The notes beneath the pieces were generated by a model. The model made no database searches, was not told where the DNA came from, and was given only the letters and a program-made list of their open reading frames with translations. A program made the position numbers and the translations under genes. From Octopus vulgaris (lineage: Eukaryota): a stretch of DNA of 64,000 bases. Each line of letters starts with the position of its first letter. Within the stretch, counting starts at the first letter, position 1. Location of the stretch: positions 41,850,001 through 41,914,000 of the forward strand of contig OX597823.1 in NCBI GenBank assembly GCA_951406725.2. The letters run 5' to 3'. Of this stretch, positions 40,561-55,351 are shown piece by piece.

Positions 40561-41342
40561 ACATATTTATGGATTCATTGAGTTACTGTAATATGAATCT
40601 GTATTATAAACTGATAGAAATGAAGTTGAAAAATCATTAACTCCATACTGAGAGAATACATATTGAAATTTGTTGATACAGATACATATAATAATGATAT
40701 CATCTTCGACACATACACATGACATGACACACACACACATGCGTGCACACACAAATGGGTATCTTCTCTGCACTTCAATGTTTCAATAAACAATTTTGTT
40801 TGACAAAACTTTCTTAACTGTATTTTAATCAGTGTTTGCCAGAAGAATGCAACAACTTTGATCTTGCAAAACAACTAAATATTTCATAATCATGCAAAAT
40901 CAATATGATTCTTTCTCGGTTCTTTTTTTCTTTTATTTCTTCATTTCTTCTTCTAGTTACTGTTTTCTTTACTCTTTTTTGTTTTAAATTTCATTCTATT
41001 ATCTTTTTTTCTTACTCAATACAATATGTCAGACAAAATATTGTCTTTTTACCAAGTCAAATATTTGAGTTGATGAAGCAGTGTAAATCAATAAATAACA
41101 ACCTACACTTTATGTGATAGATATACAAGGGTATATATTTAGACACTATATATATATATACTCATGGTGAGCTTCGAATTTGTGCCTATTTCATATTTTT
41201 GATGCTGTGAGTAAATTTCGGAAATCTTCATTTAAACGTGGAACATTTATTCTATTAATATGTGCTTTATATAACATTTATTAAATAAAATAAGTTTACA
41301 GGATATCAATGCAAGCTGTTTAGGGTTAGTGATGTTTTGTTG

Positions 41343-41409
<67 letters not shown>

Positions 41410-41410
<1 letters not shown>

Positions 41411-41626
41411 AAGGTGGTGAGCTGGCAAAATTGTCAGCGTACCAGGTAGAATGCTTAGCAGCATTTCATCAGTCTTCATGTTCTGCGTTCAAATTCTGCT
41501 GAGGTCAACTTTACCCTTCATCCTTTTGGGGGCCGATAAAATGAGTGCCAGTTGAGCAATGGGGTTAATGTAATCAATTTACTCCTTTCTACAAAATTGC
41601 TGGCCTTGAGCCAAAATTTGGAACTA

Positions 41627-41676
<50 letters not shown>

Positions 41677-42834
41677 TAAAAAGGCAGAATGCTGACAAAA
41701 TCATTAGTGTGTTGGACAAAATGCTTAATGATATTTCTTCCGGCTCTTTACATTCTGAACTCGCTTCAAAATTGCTTGCCTTGTGTCAGAAATTAGAACG
41801 AATTATTATTACTGTCAAAATAGTTAGCAGCTAGAATTGTTAAGGCATCAGGAACAAAAAGCATTGCAGCATTCATAACAGTCCTTTAGTTTCGATGTTT
41901 GAATACTGCCAAAGCCAGCTTTACCTGTTATTTTTTCAGGATCAATAAAATAAAATACCAGTCAAGTACAGAAGTCAAGATAATTGACTAGCTCTCTCAC
42001 CACAAAATATCAGGCTCTGTACTTATAGTAGAAAGAAAAGAAAAGATTATCATTGTTGTTGTTGTTGTTGTTATTGTTACACAAAAATTATCACATGATA
42101 ATTTAATTAACAGAGGAACTTATCCTAAAATTTAGTGACAAAATGTTTCCTCAAATCTTAAGAATCTTTCTTAGGACTCTTACAGGATACAGGATTGTAC
42201 TTTACTGAAATTTCACATGTCTCAGTTCTGGTATTCTTCAGCCTCTTCAATAGCAGATTGGATGTTATGCCAAAAGCATCAATTACCACAGGAATAATTG
42301 TCATCTTATTTATCCAAAATCTCTTCATTTTCTGGATAGTTTCTGACATTTCTTAGTTTCTGTGATATCCACTCTACTATTGTATAATATTACAAAGTTT
42401 ATCACCTGACACTTTTTCCTTTTCTTTTTGGACCTCTACAATCATACATAGCGTTTTTGCACTACCAGTATGGCAAATCTCCATGAAGAAATCCCATTAA
42501 AATTTGTAATTATCATTCACATTCACAACCTCTATCTTATGATTTATACTCCTTTTCTGTCACATCAAATCCATTTTATCATCATCATCATCATCATCAT
42601 TATTATAATTGTTGTTGTTATTGTTGCTGAGGTGGTTTAGCTGGCAGAATTGTTAGTACAATGGGTAAAATGCTTAGTGGTATTTTATTCACCCAGTACG
42701 TTCTGAGTTCAAATTCCACCAAGGTCAACTTTACCTTTCATCACTTAGAGATTGATAAAATAATGCCAGTTGAGTACTGAAATCAACTAGCCCCTTCAAC
42801 CAAATTTTCAGACCATGTGCCTATATGAGAAAGG

Positions 42835-42879
<45 letters not shown>

Positions 42880-43130
42880 TTTATTTTTATTATTATTATT
42901 ATCATCATCATTATTAAAGTGGTGAGATGGCAGAATCATTACCACCTGGGTAAAATGCTTAGTGCTATTTTATCTGTCTTCACATCCTGCGTTCAAATTC
43001 TACCAGGCTTGACTTAACCTTTCATCCTTTCAGGATTGATAGAATAAGTACCAGCTGAACACTGGGGTTGATGAAATTGACTCATCCCCTCACCCCAAAT
43101 TGCTGCCTTTTTGGCAAAATTCGAAACCGT
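41410..43130 (+). mobile_element. Second cluster of family B SINEs in (TTA)n
   Basis: Heads at ~41413, 41682, 41825, 42630 and 42918. Confidence 0.8.
42078..42577 (-). pseudogene. R4/Dong-clade restriction-like endonuclease C-terminus and 3' UTR
   Basis: Broken translation NDNYKF*WDF..DLPILVVQK..QKMKRFWINKMTIIPVVIDAFG matches ENE.YKILWDF..RPD.VV.DK..EI.RLW...V.IIPVVIGALG. Ends in an (AAC)/(AAT) tail. Confidence 0.8.
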
Positions 43131-43559
43131 TATTATTATTATTATTATTATAATTATTATTATTATTTAATCAAGGTGTTGAGGAAAGAATATGGTGTCT
43201 CTGGGCTTTTCAAGCCTAACAAAGTTGGGGGACACAAGATCTTGGACACCATTCATTTCACAAGCATACTCATTCTTTACTGACCTGATTCTTGCAGCCA
43301 TTGTGATGCTGAATAAACACTTACCTGAATCTTTTCACATGTTCTACGCAGAGTCCTTTACCAGAAATTAGCTCCAGTACAGCTAGAAAGAAACCAATTT
43401 ACACGTGACATTATAAGGCCTATAACAATTTTTACTTTAAAAAACCTTTTTGGTAAACCTTATAATGTGATATGTGAAAATGTAATAGAAATTATAACAG
43501 ACCAGGAATTGTATATACATGACAGTTATGTTTGTGCTTCTATGATGTATTGCTTCTGT

Positions 43560-44690
43560 TTATGAGTAGTCACAAAGTGGAAATGGTACCTATTTAGCGG
43601 CTTCATTGTCTGAGACAGAATAGAAATTCCTTAAGTGCAATATAATGGAGGATAATGCAAGGCCAATATTAAAGTTTATACCTATGAACTTTGATGGGTT
43701 AGTTCAGTACTATAATCACCCTTTAAACTGCCAATATATTTAAATATCAGACAGCTAAAATGTTTGTCAAGAATAGTCAGCTTAGTAGAAACACAATCTT
43801 TTTGAAACTATCACGTTATAAAGTCTGCACATGATATCAGCCTATGGGGATATAAAAGCTATCAATAATTTAATGCTATCTGTATGATTGAGTCATAAAA
43901 TATGATGAAAATGAACAATATGTTTTCGCTAAATATCCTATTTCACTGAAAAACAATGCCTTAAATAACAACACTGTCTTCTTTGTTTTACTTATCCTGG
44001 ATGTTATTGTCAATAGCTGTGTTTTTATAACCACTTTTTCTGATGGATATCAACTATTTTATTTTATGGTGCTATTAGAGTCAATGAAAGAATGATTATA
44101 TTTCTTCTAGATTTATGGTTTATATTTCTATACTTGTGTTTTATCATCCTTTCAGTGTTTGGGAATAAAAAATAAAACCTTGATGATTGTAATGGAATTT
44201 TAGATGAGGTAATTATTTTGATACAAAGCATCTAGAAAGTGAGATTTAACACTGAAAGCTATAAGAAAAGAATTAGATTGCATGAGATCCTGCTTGGGTG
44301 TGTACCACAGCAAGGTGCCACTGAAGTCTTGTTCTAAATAGAACTATAAAATAATTTTTAGCCAAGAGCAAGCTACTATTTTTAGTATACATCAGTCTGG
44401 AGTAGCAAGGTCTATGATAGTAGTTGTTATGAAAATTAAGTGTAAATAAACGACTTTCAAGAATCAAGCAAGCTATATAGATAGCGATATCATCAGTAAG
44501 ATGGGTGATGAGTTCAGTGAGAAATTTAGCATGCAGGAATTTAGTATACATAATCATCCCTCCTCCATTCTCTGTCCTTGTTCTCTCTTTAGTCCCCTTC
44601 TTATATCTTGAAGGTATTCCTTGATTATTTATCACTATAATCCTTTCTCTATTTTCTACTGGGATAGTCATGTATCTTCTCTACAGATTG
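43560..44690 (-). pseudogene. Possible, strongly decayed APE-type LINE fragment
   Basis: RTENGGGMIMY...YHRP resembles the APE motif DR...GGGV..Y...YRP, and downstream GLALSPLY resembles the RT motif QG..LSP.LF. Confidence 0.35.
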
Positions 44691-44939
44691 ATACTTGTTC
44701 CTCTCCCTCAATCATATTTCATTTTTTCAACCCCTGGTAAATCAGATTTTCAAACATGCATTCACTTATGCATATATATTCAAAAACGAATCAACATCAT
44801 ACGACATATATAAAATTTTCTTTTCACCAATATATATGTCCACATTTGAACTTCCATAAGGGAGAATGTGCATATGCACACACACAGGGAGGGAGAGAGA
44901 AATATCTGGATATCTGTATACATATACACACATATGCTT

Positions 44940-45009
<70 letters not shown>

Positions 45010-45105
45010 CCTCTCTCTCTCACTATATATATCTGTATATTTATATACATATAATCATATATGCATATATATATATTTATATATATATATATATATGATA
45101 TTTGA

Positions 45106-45156
<51 letters not shown>

Positions 45157-46539
45157 ATAGAGGGCATTATTACACATAAATGCCTCACACTAAGAGGGAC
45201 AAAGTCATTACTACCAAAATATATATATATATATAAAGTGTGTGTATGACAAAAAGAGAGAGAAATAGATAGACAGACAGACAGTTAGATATGCATGTAT
45301 ACGTATTTGCACACATGTATCTATATATGTATTTACGAGTGTATGTATGTGTGTGGATATGATCAAATAAAAAAAGGACCAAGTAATCATGACAATAAGA
45401 ACTAAATATAGAGATGGGAAAAAACACTGCTAACAGAATGACTTCTATAGCTGACCATCACACTGACTGTTTTTTTTTACTTGCTCATATGTATGTCATT
45501 TCTTTCTATGACCTTTTCTTCAGAATGAAATAAAATATTTTCTTATTGCATTACATTAGTAAAACAATGGTATGGTACAATGTGTACTTTCACACAGTAT
45601 ACCACAAATTTTGTGTATATATATATATATATACATACATGTATGAATATATATACACGTATAAATGTATACATATATATATACATATATGACCATATAC
45701 ACAGATACATATATATATATATATGCATATATATATATATACATGCGCACACACATATATATATATATGCACACATATATGCATATATATACATATATAT
45801 GCATATATATATACATATAAATATATTTATTTGTATATATATATATATATACATATAAATATATTTATTTGTATTTATATATATATATACACATATAAAT
45901 ATATCTATTTGTATATATATATATATATATATATATGTACTCACACTTATATGTATATACACCTATAGGTATATATTCACATTTATCTCTCTATCTCTCT
46001 GTCAATCTGTATGTGCTGAGTACTGTTTCTTCAATCAGTAGCCATGTTTAGTATTATATATACTTAGATATAGACAGATTGAGACATTATATTTATATAT
46101 ATCCATCTGTGTGTGTTTGTGCATCTATGTTCTTGTGTAAGAAAATGCTTGCTGTTTTTGTCCAGTTATACATAACACGTTATGTAACAACTCTCAAACA
46201 GTTATAAATGTGTACATCCACGCCTACAATGTTTATCACATATATGTATAGTTGTGTCTATTTGTCCTTCTACATACACACATGCAGACACACACACACA
46301 TACGCACACACACACATACACACACACATACACACACACATACACACACACCCACACACATATACCTGCACAAACTCACAACCATACACACACACACAGA
46401 CTCATATATGCAGATCTGAAATTCTTTCATGAATAATCTGGTAGAATATGAAATGTAAAGCTTAGTAATATGAAAAAATATCTGTTTAATATTAATAAGT
46501 GAGTCTAGAACAATGACATTAATAACAGCAATAATAATA

Positions 46540-46587
<48 letters not shown>

Positions 46588-48039
46588 TGTACAAGTGAAA
46601 TAAACTTAGAATCATAAGAATAAACATATCCAAAGAACAGAGTAAAAATATCACTGTTCTCAAATACAGTGCTAAAGAAAAAGAAAAAGACTGAAATTTG
46701 AAGTCTTGTTTCCACATATTGGCAAAGTAAGCAATGGTTAAAGCTTAAAAATTTTTATATGTAGTTTTGTTCCAAATGTTGTCATGGTCAAAAGAACTGA
46801 AGTCTTAACTGTTCAATTTTAAAGGCATAATTATAAGCAGAATTAATTGGTGCAGTTATTACAGCATCAGACAGAATATTTTGTTGTGTTTTTCTGATTA
46901 TTTGTGCTTTCAGTTCAAATCCCACCAAGGCTTATGTGGGTCGTGGTCTTAAGCCACTGCTTAGTTTAGTACCTTCAGTGTATGTAGTGGATTTCATTAT
47001 GTTACAAGCATTCAGGCTAAGTCTCAGAGTTGAGAAAACCTTTCTTCCTCCTACCACCACTTGTCTTGAAGGCCTTTGAAATGTCATAGCCGCTTTAGTA
47101 CCTGAGGTATATATATATATAGTCTTGCTTTGCTTGCTGCTAGTAGAAAGAAGCAGAACTAAAAAGTGGTGAAAATTTATCACATTTTCCAAGAGGGAAA
47201 GAAGTGTTGACTTTCATAGAACAATATCAATTGAAAAATGTCAGCTGTTGCATGCATACATGTCTGTCATTTTCTGGTCTGAAAAAAGGGACAACCACAT
47301 TGCCAATTTGTGTTTTGTTTCATAAGGACAGTTACCAAATATTTCCCTTTTGAAGTTCAAGCAGGCAACCAGATCATGTAACTTTTTAGAATAAATCTTG
47401 TTTCAGCCAAACATGAATAGCATAACTATTCAGATATGGCTTCAGCTGTTCAAACAGTTAAACAAATCCAGCAATCCAGGACTATATATATATATAAGGT
47501 GTATACCTTTGGCATATAAGAGGTTATGTATTTCTGGCCAGTCTGGAGGTTTATCAACATTGCCATGTGCAGCAGGGGACACAAAATAGTCAGTAACAAT
47601 CTGACCAGTCAAATATCATTACCAACAATATACTACATAACAATATAAAAATATAAAAATACATCTGCTCTATTTTTCTTTTAGGTAGTGCTTTGTGTGT
47701 TTGTGTGTGTGTGTGTGTGTGTGTATTTAAGAGAGAGAGGGTGAGCATGTAAATGTATATATATATATATGTATATACATACATTTTTATATGTATAAAT
47801 ATATGCATATATACATTTATTTTCATACGGACTCTAAAAAAAATGGAATTACTTGATACATGGGGATACACACACATGTGTGAATACATATATCAATTCG
47901 AATACGAACCCTGTAGTTTGCTTTATAAAGCTCTGTCTATGGGTATTGGCAACAAAAGGCAGTTTCCCAGCAAGCGTCTGCTTGTAGAGTGGGGATGAAA
48001 CAATCCAAGCATTATGCAATAAAGTGTATTTGCTCAATC

Positions 48040-48421
48040 AAGGCATAGGAGTGGCTGTGTGGTAAGTAGCTTGCTTACGAACTACATGGTTTCGGGTTCA
48101 GTCCCACTGTGTGGCATCTTGGGCAAATGTCTTCTACTATAGCCTCGGGCCAACCAAATCCTTGTGAGTGGATTTGGTAGATGGAAACTGAAAGAAGCCC
48201 GTCATATATATATGTATGTATGTGTCTGTGTTTGTCCCCACCAACATCGCTTGACAACTGATGCTGGTGTGTGTATGTCCCCATAACTTAGTGGTTCGGC
48301 AAAAGAGACTGATAGAATAAGTACTAGGCTTACAACGAATAAGTCCTGGGGTCGATTTGCTCAACTAAAGGTGGTTTTCCAGCATGGCCACAGACAAATG
48401 ACTGAAACAAGTAAAAGAGTA
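48040..48421 (+). mobile_element. SINE family A, full-length copy
   Basis: GGCATAGGAGTGGCTGTGTGGTAAG...GGTTCAGTCCC...GAAACAAGTAAAAGAGTA. Confidence 0.92.
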
Positions 48422-49842
48422 ATCCAATCACTCTTACTTCACTTGATTGATAGGTATTCAGTCAGTAGTGGACACCCTCAAACCTCTGTCCCACAGGCAG
48501 ACTCTCTCTTTCTCATTCTATGTATCTTTTCTATGATTATTGTGATCATTTCCATAGTTAATTTATTGTGCAAGCTACCTTGACTTATGTATAGAGTACC
48601 TGTTACATTTTTGGATATCTTCACTTTCACTGTTTGGTCAACATTACATTCAATCATGTGAGATAACTGTCCTAGCCTCTTAATTCACAAATCTCCCAAG
48701 TTGAAGTTATTTTAAAGAAACACTCTTAACTTCTACAATAAACATTACATTTTAATTGGAACGTAACTAAAGCAGCTAACAAACATTAGCTGCTTTAGTG
48801 AACAATATCTGCTACTTCATGGAGTTAAATATTTAGATAGTGAAATTTTCTAGTACCTGTTATGCTATACATAGCGGGACTTCTGTAATCAGAGTATACA
48901 GTTTTATCAAAATGTTTCTACAACCCATTCTGTTCTCAAATAATATGAATCAAACATTCTCCATGCTCAATTCTTCACTTTTAATATAGTACTGATATCA
49001 TCCAGAAATAGGTGGCAGTAAAATTCAATATATGGCTCATAAAATGTTTAAAAATTTCATTGACAGAGCATCATTCCTAAACTTCAATTGATAACCAAAA
49101 ACATCGTCCTTGAACCACAAAAAATATTCAATCAAAATAAGTTATTTGCTTGTTTGTTTGTTATTTTGTATGTATGTGTTATGAGATTAAATGGTATGAC
49201 TTTTTTAAGTGTTTTATGGGATTATTTTGCTATATAATTGTCTGTAAATTTGTACACGTCTCACAGGAAAGGGATCACCGAAAGTAAACTTCATTTAATA
49301 TATGTAATCATTTAAATAATCAATAATTTTATGTTGCTCTTCCCAGATCCTAAGTACCTCCTTGGTATCTATTGATATCTAGGTGAACTGGATAGAGTTC
49401 AGCTTTATAATGACAGACATAACCCTTGCTTATGTCATTAAGCCTCTACTTTATAAATAATAGCTCTTGCCTCTACGTTTATAGCCATACACACACATAG
49501 AGAGTCACACAAAAACATATATGCATTTCCTAACCAGATATAATGCAACTGGATTTTGATTCAAAATTGCTTCAAAAAATTTGGAAAACCTATTAATGTA
49601 TCTGGCACTACTTTCAACAAAATTACCTGCAAAGTATATTTTTATATACATGCAGCCATATTTCAATTGATTTCGATCTCATCTAAGAAGCATCTGTTGA
49701 TTATCAAGTTTAATTTTAAAAGCACAGATGAATCTGCCTCTCATTGATGGTGTTTGTCAGCAACACTATGTCATTTTTTTGCAAACTATTTTTTTCAACT
49801 TAAATTTCTTACCCCGGAATTCGATGTGTTCATTTCGCCTAG

Positions 49843-50022
49843 ATGCCGGGTGCCCACTGCTTCCCCAAATTGACAATGGTCATGTGGATATTTTACAACC
49901 CAATATAATTGGGACCTCGGCGAAATATACTTGTTCAACTGGCTTCTTTCTTGCTGGGCGAGCAATACGAAAATGCACATCAGAAGGCGCTTGGGATGGG
50001 AGAGAGCCTAGCTGTGAGAAAG
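49843..50022 (+). CDS. Internal exon encoding one Sushi/CCP (complement control protein) domain of an unidentified multi-exon gene
   Basis: Translates as (D)AGCPLLPQIDNGHVDILQPNIIGTSAKYTCSTGFFLAGRAIRKCTSEGAWDGREPSCEK, with the CCP pattern C-P..NG..G..A.Y.C..GF.L.G...R.C...G.W....P.C. Acceptor catttcgcctAG ends at 49842; donor G|GTGAGT starts at 50023. Length 180 nt, phase 1-1, as is typical of CCP exons. Confidence 0.93.
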
Positions 50023-50829
50023 GTGAGTGAGTGTCACCTGTTTCTCTTCTTTTGCTTTTTATTCTATGTCCTTTTCCTTGTATCTTTAATATTTCTTTTG
50101 TGCTTCTTTTCATTTCCCGTGTTCATACATTATTGCTATATTAAGACATATATACATAATAAGTATATATAAACATACATACATATATTTATATACACGT
50201 GTATAATATATATATATAAAAATATATACATATACACATGTATAATATATTTATATATATATATATACATACACATGTGTATAATATATATATATTTTTA
50301 TTTATTTATATGTATGTATGTATTATATTTTCATTTCTGGCATTTAGTCTCAGCATACTCTATGGATTCTGAAAAGCAAAAATGTAAATAACTAAAATCG
50401 AAAGTATACAACAACAATATGGTTGAAATGATCTGAAGTTGACTGAAAATATCTGAATAAATTCCATACATTTATATATATATATATTTATATATATATA
50501 ATTTATTGTTTGAAATAATTTAGTGATATGGTTGTGATGTGGATGTCGCTTTCAATGGCTTTCACTTCTTTTATTCCTCCATTTAAAAAAAAAAAATTAT
50601 ATCTATATATATTCAGTGTTGTCTTTTTCTTTTCTATCTTTCTATATATATATATCTTTTCAAATACATGTTTATTTGTCAGTATCATTTTTATGAATAT
50701 CCTTCAGTAAGATATGAATCATAACATTTCTTACTATTTCTATCTTAGTGTATGTGTGTGTGACAGAAACTGTCATTTATCTTTGTCTTTGGATAGCTGT
50801 TTCATTCAGCTCTGGTTTATCTTTTATTT

Positions 50830-51292
50830 TTATCTTATGTTTGTTTCAGTCATTGGATTACAGCCATGCTAGGGCACTTCTCTGAGGGGCTTTTAATTGA
50901 ACAAATCAGCCCCAGTACTTATATTTTTTTTAAGTCTGGCAATTATTCTATCAGGCAGTGTTGCCAAACTACTAAATTATGTGGATATAACCAAACCAAC
51001 ACTACTTGTCAAATAGTGGTGGTGTGGGGCAAGGCAAACATAAAGAGACACACGTGTATTACACTCTCACACTCTCATACACACACACATGTGTATGTAG
51101 AGTGCTCAACCACTTGCATGTTAATTTTATGAGCAGGCTTTTCCATTGATCAAATCAACTAGAGCCCTTGTTGTTGTTACTGATGGAATACCAGTTATAT
51201 ACAACTATATATAGAATGGGCTTTCATACAATTTCCATCTACCAAATTCTCTCACAATGCATTCGTTGACCTGGGATTCAAGTAGCAGACAC
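50830..51292 (-). mobile_element. SINE family A copy, degraded and lacking the head
   Basis: TTGTTTCAGTCATTGG..CAGCCATGCT...TTTCCATCTACCAAATT. Confidence 0.75.
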
Positions 51293-51675
51293 TGAGCACC
51301 TTTTCAAACTCCACCAGTCTAACACCCGTGGATATGTTTACAAAGTCAGAAAACAGCACAGCTCCCATGACTTTTGGAATCATTTTTTCATGCTAAGAGT
51401 TGCTTCCTGAGATTCGCCAACACTACACCAGATTTTCTCCCCTCCATACACATGCAAGCATGTATCTGGCTCATACACTGTTCACTTTCCAGACATTTGT
51501 ACATTACTGTATATGCTTTATACGCACTTTTGACAAGTATGGCTGGTTTGAATGCTGAAGGGTTAACCACTAAACTTTACATTAATTGTTTTGCAGCCAC
51601 CTATTTTATATGGTAGATGCATCCATTCCAATATTTAAGCAGCAGGAAAAAATATGTTGGAATAAAGCTGTTTTC
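51293..51675 (+). pseudogene. 3' end of a CR1/L2-group LINE
   Basis: SNTRGYVYKVRKQHSSHDFWNHFFMLRVA matches the motif TRGH..K.......R..FF..RV, followed by a UTR ending AATAAAG. Confidence 0.7.
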
Positions 51676-51699
51676 TTTGAGACAATCTAATTCATCATC

Positions 51700-51955
51700 A
51701 TCAACCCTGGACTTTACTGTCTCAGGTTCCAGGGCTCATAGAGCTAGCTCCTCAATTTCTATAGTATGACCAAGATCTCAACATTCCCCTTGAACAAGAC
51801 ACCAGTCTAGTGTTGGATTATTCATTTATAGCTGAATGAACTGGAGCAACATGAAATGAAGTGTTTCACTCAAGAACACTAGACATCTCCAGATCTGGGA
51901 AAGATCTATGATCTTGCAATTGTCAGTGCAAAACCAGAACCACTCTGCACACACT
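51700..51955 (-). mobile_element. Third tRNA-headed SINE type (CORE-like body)
   Basis: Reverse complement GTGTTCTTGAGTGAAACACTTCATTTCATGTTGCTCCAGT matches a plus copy at ~62874-63020 that retains a GGTTCAAAT B-box. Confidence 0.65.
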
Positions 51956-52504
51956 ACCACAATCTAACTTCCACATCATTAATTTGCTTCAGTTTTATCT
52001 CTTGACTTCATATTAAAATATTTATATCTTATATTTGTCACAAACAAATATACAGTCCTTCATGATCTACATATTTCCTCAACTCTTAAGATATAAAATT
52101 TCATAGAATACTTTTATAATTTCAATACATTGGAGGTTGACGTAGAACAGGAATTTCAAACATGCAGTACACGAACCAAAATTGTCTTGTAGCAATATCT
52201 GGTTTGATCCCCTGCCTGAATTTTATAAAAGATATTTTATTATTTTGGAGTATTTATGTGAGACAGTGTGTTGAAACTAAAACAATTACAACCTGAGAGA
52301 GACACCTATTAGTCATTCAAAAACACACAAAAACTGATAACTTATACATGTCAAAATTTTTGTGACACTAACTGCAATTATTATTTTTATAGTTCTAATG
52401 TATACTTTCATATATACATATATAAGTATATACAAGCATATATGTGTGTGTGTATATATGTGTATGTATATGTGTGTGTATATATATATATGTATGTGTG
52501 TGTG

Positions 52505-52874
52505 TGTGGCTGTGTAGTAAGAAGCTTGCTTTCCAACCACCTGATTCCAAGTTCAGTCCCACAGCAAGTGTCTTCTATATTTGCCTTGGGCCAACCCAAA
52601 CCTTCTGAGTGGATATGGTACAGAAACTGAAAGAAGCCCATTATATATATATATTTATATAACTATGTATGTATCTTTGTGTCTGTGTCTGTCCTCCACT
52701 ACCACTTGACAACCAGCGTTGGTGTGTTTACATCCCTCTAACTTGATAGTTCAGCAAAAGAGACCAATAAACTACAGACTAGGCTTAAAAAAGTAAGTCC
52801 TGGGGTCAATTTGTTGAACTAAAACTCTTCAATGTGGTGCCTCAGCATGGCTATAGTCAGATGACTAAAGAGAT

Positions 52875-52875
<1 letters not shown>
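52505..52875 (+). mobile_element. SINE family A copy
   Basis: Head GGCTGTGTAGTAAGAAGC, body and tail recognisable, with a small internal deletion. Confidence 0.85.
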
Positions 52876-52928
<53 letters not shown>

Positions 52929-53380
52929 GCATGTGTTCAGAATTGAAACATGGTAAATGTCATGAGTGACTCAGGTTTTGGTTAGTCAAACCAGCAAAAC
53001 TTTGGGCATCTTTTCCTAAATTAACCAATGAAAAACAAGCTTATGAATCAGCATACTAAAACATATGACCAATTACCACTTCATTTTGTCTATCAACTAC
53101 AAGCCAAATGGAAGAATTTTTTGTTTTATTTTTTCAAAATTTACTCACATGTCCATCCAAATGGATTCTAGTGATATCAGTAATATTGAAAGGTTTCACA
53201 GTTAAAATAATGCCAGATTCCTATAAAGCATTTGTCTTCTAACTAATTGCATGCATTCATTTTAAATAATTTCTATCTCTGTTCTCACTCTAAGGCCTCT
53301 TACTTAACTGGGTGTATGCATGTATGTAAATATATATATATATATATACACACTTGTGTGTGTGTATGTATATATGTATG

Positions 53381-53411
<31 letters not shown>

Positions 53412-54288
53412 GTATATATGTGTATGTGTATATATATATGTATGTGCATGTGTGTATACATACACACATACACCACTTGGCTGAGTTTTTTCCATATATC
53501 TCTGCATACAAACTTTGCTAAAACCTCATATTCTTTCCTTACTTGATAAAGTTGATATAATGTATATAATGTATATTGCTGCCAAGGGGCAGATGTGGCT
53601 AAGTGGTTAAGGTGCCTGCTTCCCAGTCATGTGGTTTTGAATTGAGTCCATCTGTGTAGTACTTTAGGCAAGCGCCTTCAATTATAACTCTGGGCTGACC
53701 GAACCCTTGTGAGTGTATATCATTGATAGAAACTAAAAGAAGCCCATATTGTGTGTGTGTCTGTCTGTCTGGCTTGTCATAACATTGTGAGATAGTTGTC
53801 AATGAGTGTCACTGCCATATATGCAGTATGATATATTTCCAACATTCTGTGAGCACATATAGCTATGGATAGATATTACCTTTCCTCGTAAGGATGTAAA
53901 GATTGGGATCAGAAAGGGCCCTAGGTAAGTGTGAGAGGCTGTATCTGGCTGGTTTGAGCATAAAACAACTACAGTATTTGGGTCTGATATGGCAGTTTAA
54001 ATGCTAAGTTTAAATGCTAAATTTAAAGGTCAGAGACTTTAAATATGGTTTTGTGCAGAGGGATATAAACCTTCAAGTTACTTCAGTGTTACCTGAAGTG
54101 AATATTAATCTCTTTGAGATTGCAGCTCTACCAGACTTTTCATTTCATTTCATATGAGGTAAAGTAAGGGTCAGTAATATTGTGGTGTTGAGTCATTCAT
54201 TACATTCCTTTCACCTATCAAAATAAGATTTGCGCAAATTTGGAAATAAGTTATTCACAATTGTTTAAGAGTCTATTCTGAATATGCC

Positions 54289-54326
<38 letters not shown>

Positions 54327-54481
54327 TTTATTCTCTCTGTCTTATTGACATGTGCTGCATGTATATTGTTGGTGAAAATATCAGCGTTTGAAATCATGTC
54401 AGAATGAGAGAATGAGAGAGTGGTTGGGAAGAGTGAGAAAGAAAATCAATGTAAGAATGTGAGTGTGCAAATTTCTTTCTC

Positions 54482-54520
<39 letters not shown>

Positions 54521-54585
54521 TTTTGGCTCTGTGTAGTTATGAATGTATACATTCCTATATACATATGTGTATGTGTGTGTGTGTG

Positions 54586-54625
<40 letters not shown>

Positions 54626-54669
54626 TTTGCATATATATATATATATGTATAGATGCATACATATGTGCA

Positions 54670-54706
<37 letters not shown>

Positions 54707-55351
54707 ATGTTTGTGTACATTCATATATATGTGAGTCTGTACATATATGTATATAGACATACATATATTTACATATGTATTTCTGTGTGTACACTTACAC
54801 ACACGGACATCATTCAAGCCCAGCCTCAGGCAAAACTGAAAGTAGCCTGCCAACTTATATGATGTAATAAGCATTTCTATCCACTCTACCCTATATATAT
54901 ATATAAACATACTTGGAGGAAGATGTAGGTACGTACATATATGTATGTATGTATGCATATATTTTATTTACTAAATCATATATATATATATATATAGTTC
55001 TGTAACAGATAATGTTTGAACTATGTAAAATATATTTTAATATACCTTACATCATTTACATTCTTACATAACTACATGTTTGTGTGCATGTATGTGTGTA
55101 TGTACTTACAAGTATCACTATATATGTGCTTGCAAGCACGCAGTTTAATCAAACATACATTTGTAACTCATGCAGATGTATTGGTCAAACAATTGCAACT
55201 CTGTTTCTGTTTATTCTAGAAGAGATGACAAAATACCAAGTGAATTCTTCAGCTGATTCCAATGTCTCTCAAGCTTCCCACTTATGAATTTCGTTGACTT
55301 TATCACCTTTTGAAACTGCCAGTCTGACGAATTATATATATATATATACAT

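Noticed and set aside
48040-48115. tRNA-like A and B boxes
   Set aside because: SINE head continuing into the SINE body; no complete cloverleaf.
49268-49364. Possible micro-exons upstream of the Sushi exon (CAG|GAAAGGGATCACCGAAA|GTAAAC and CAG|ATCCTAAGTACCTCCTTG|GTATCT)
   Set aside because: Weak donors; such matches are expected by chance and cannot be supported without transcripts.
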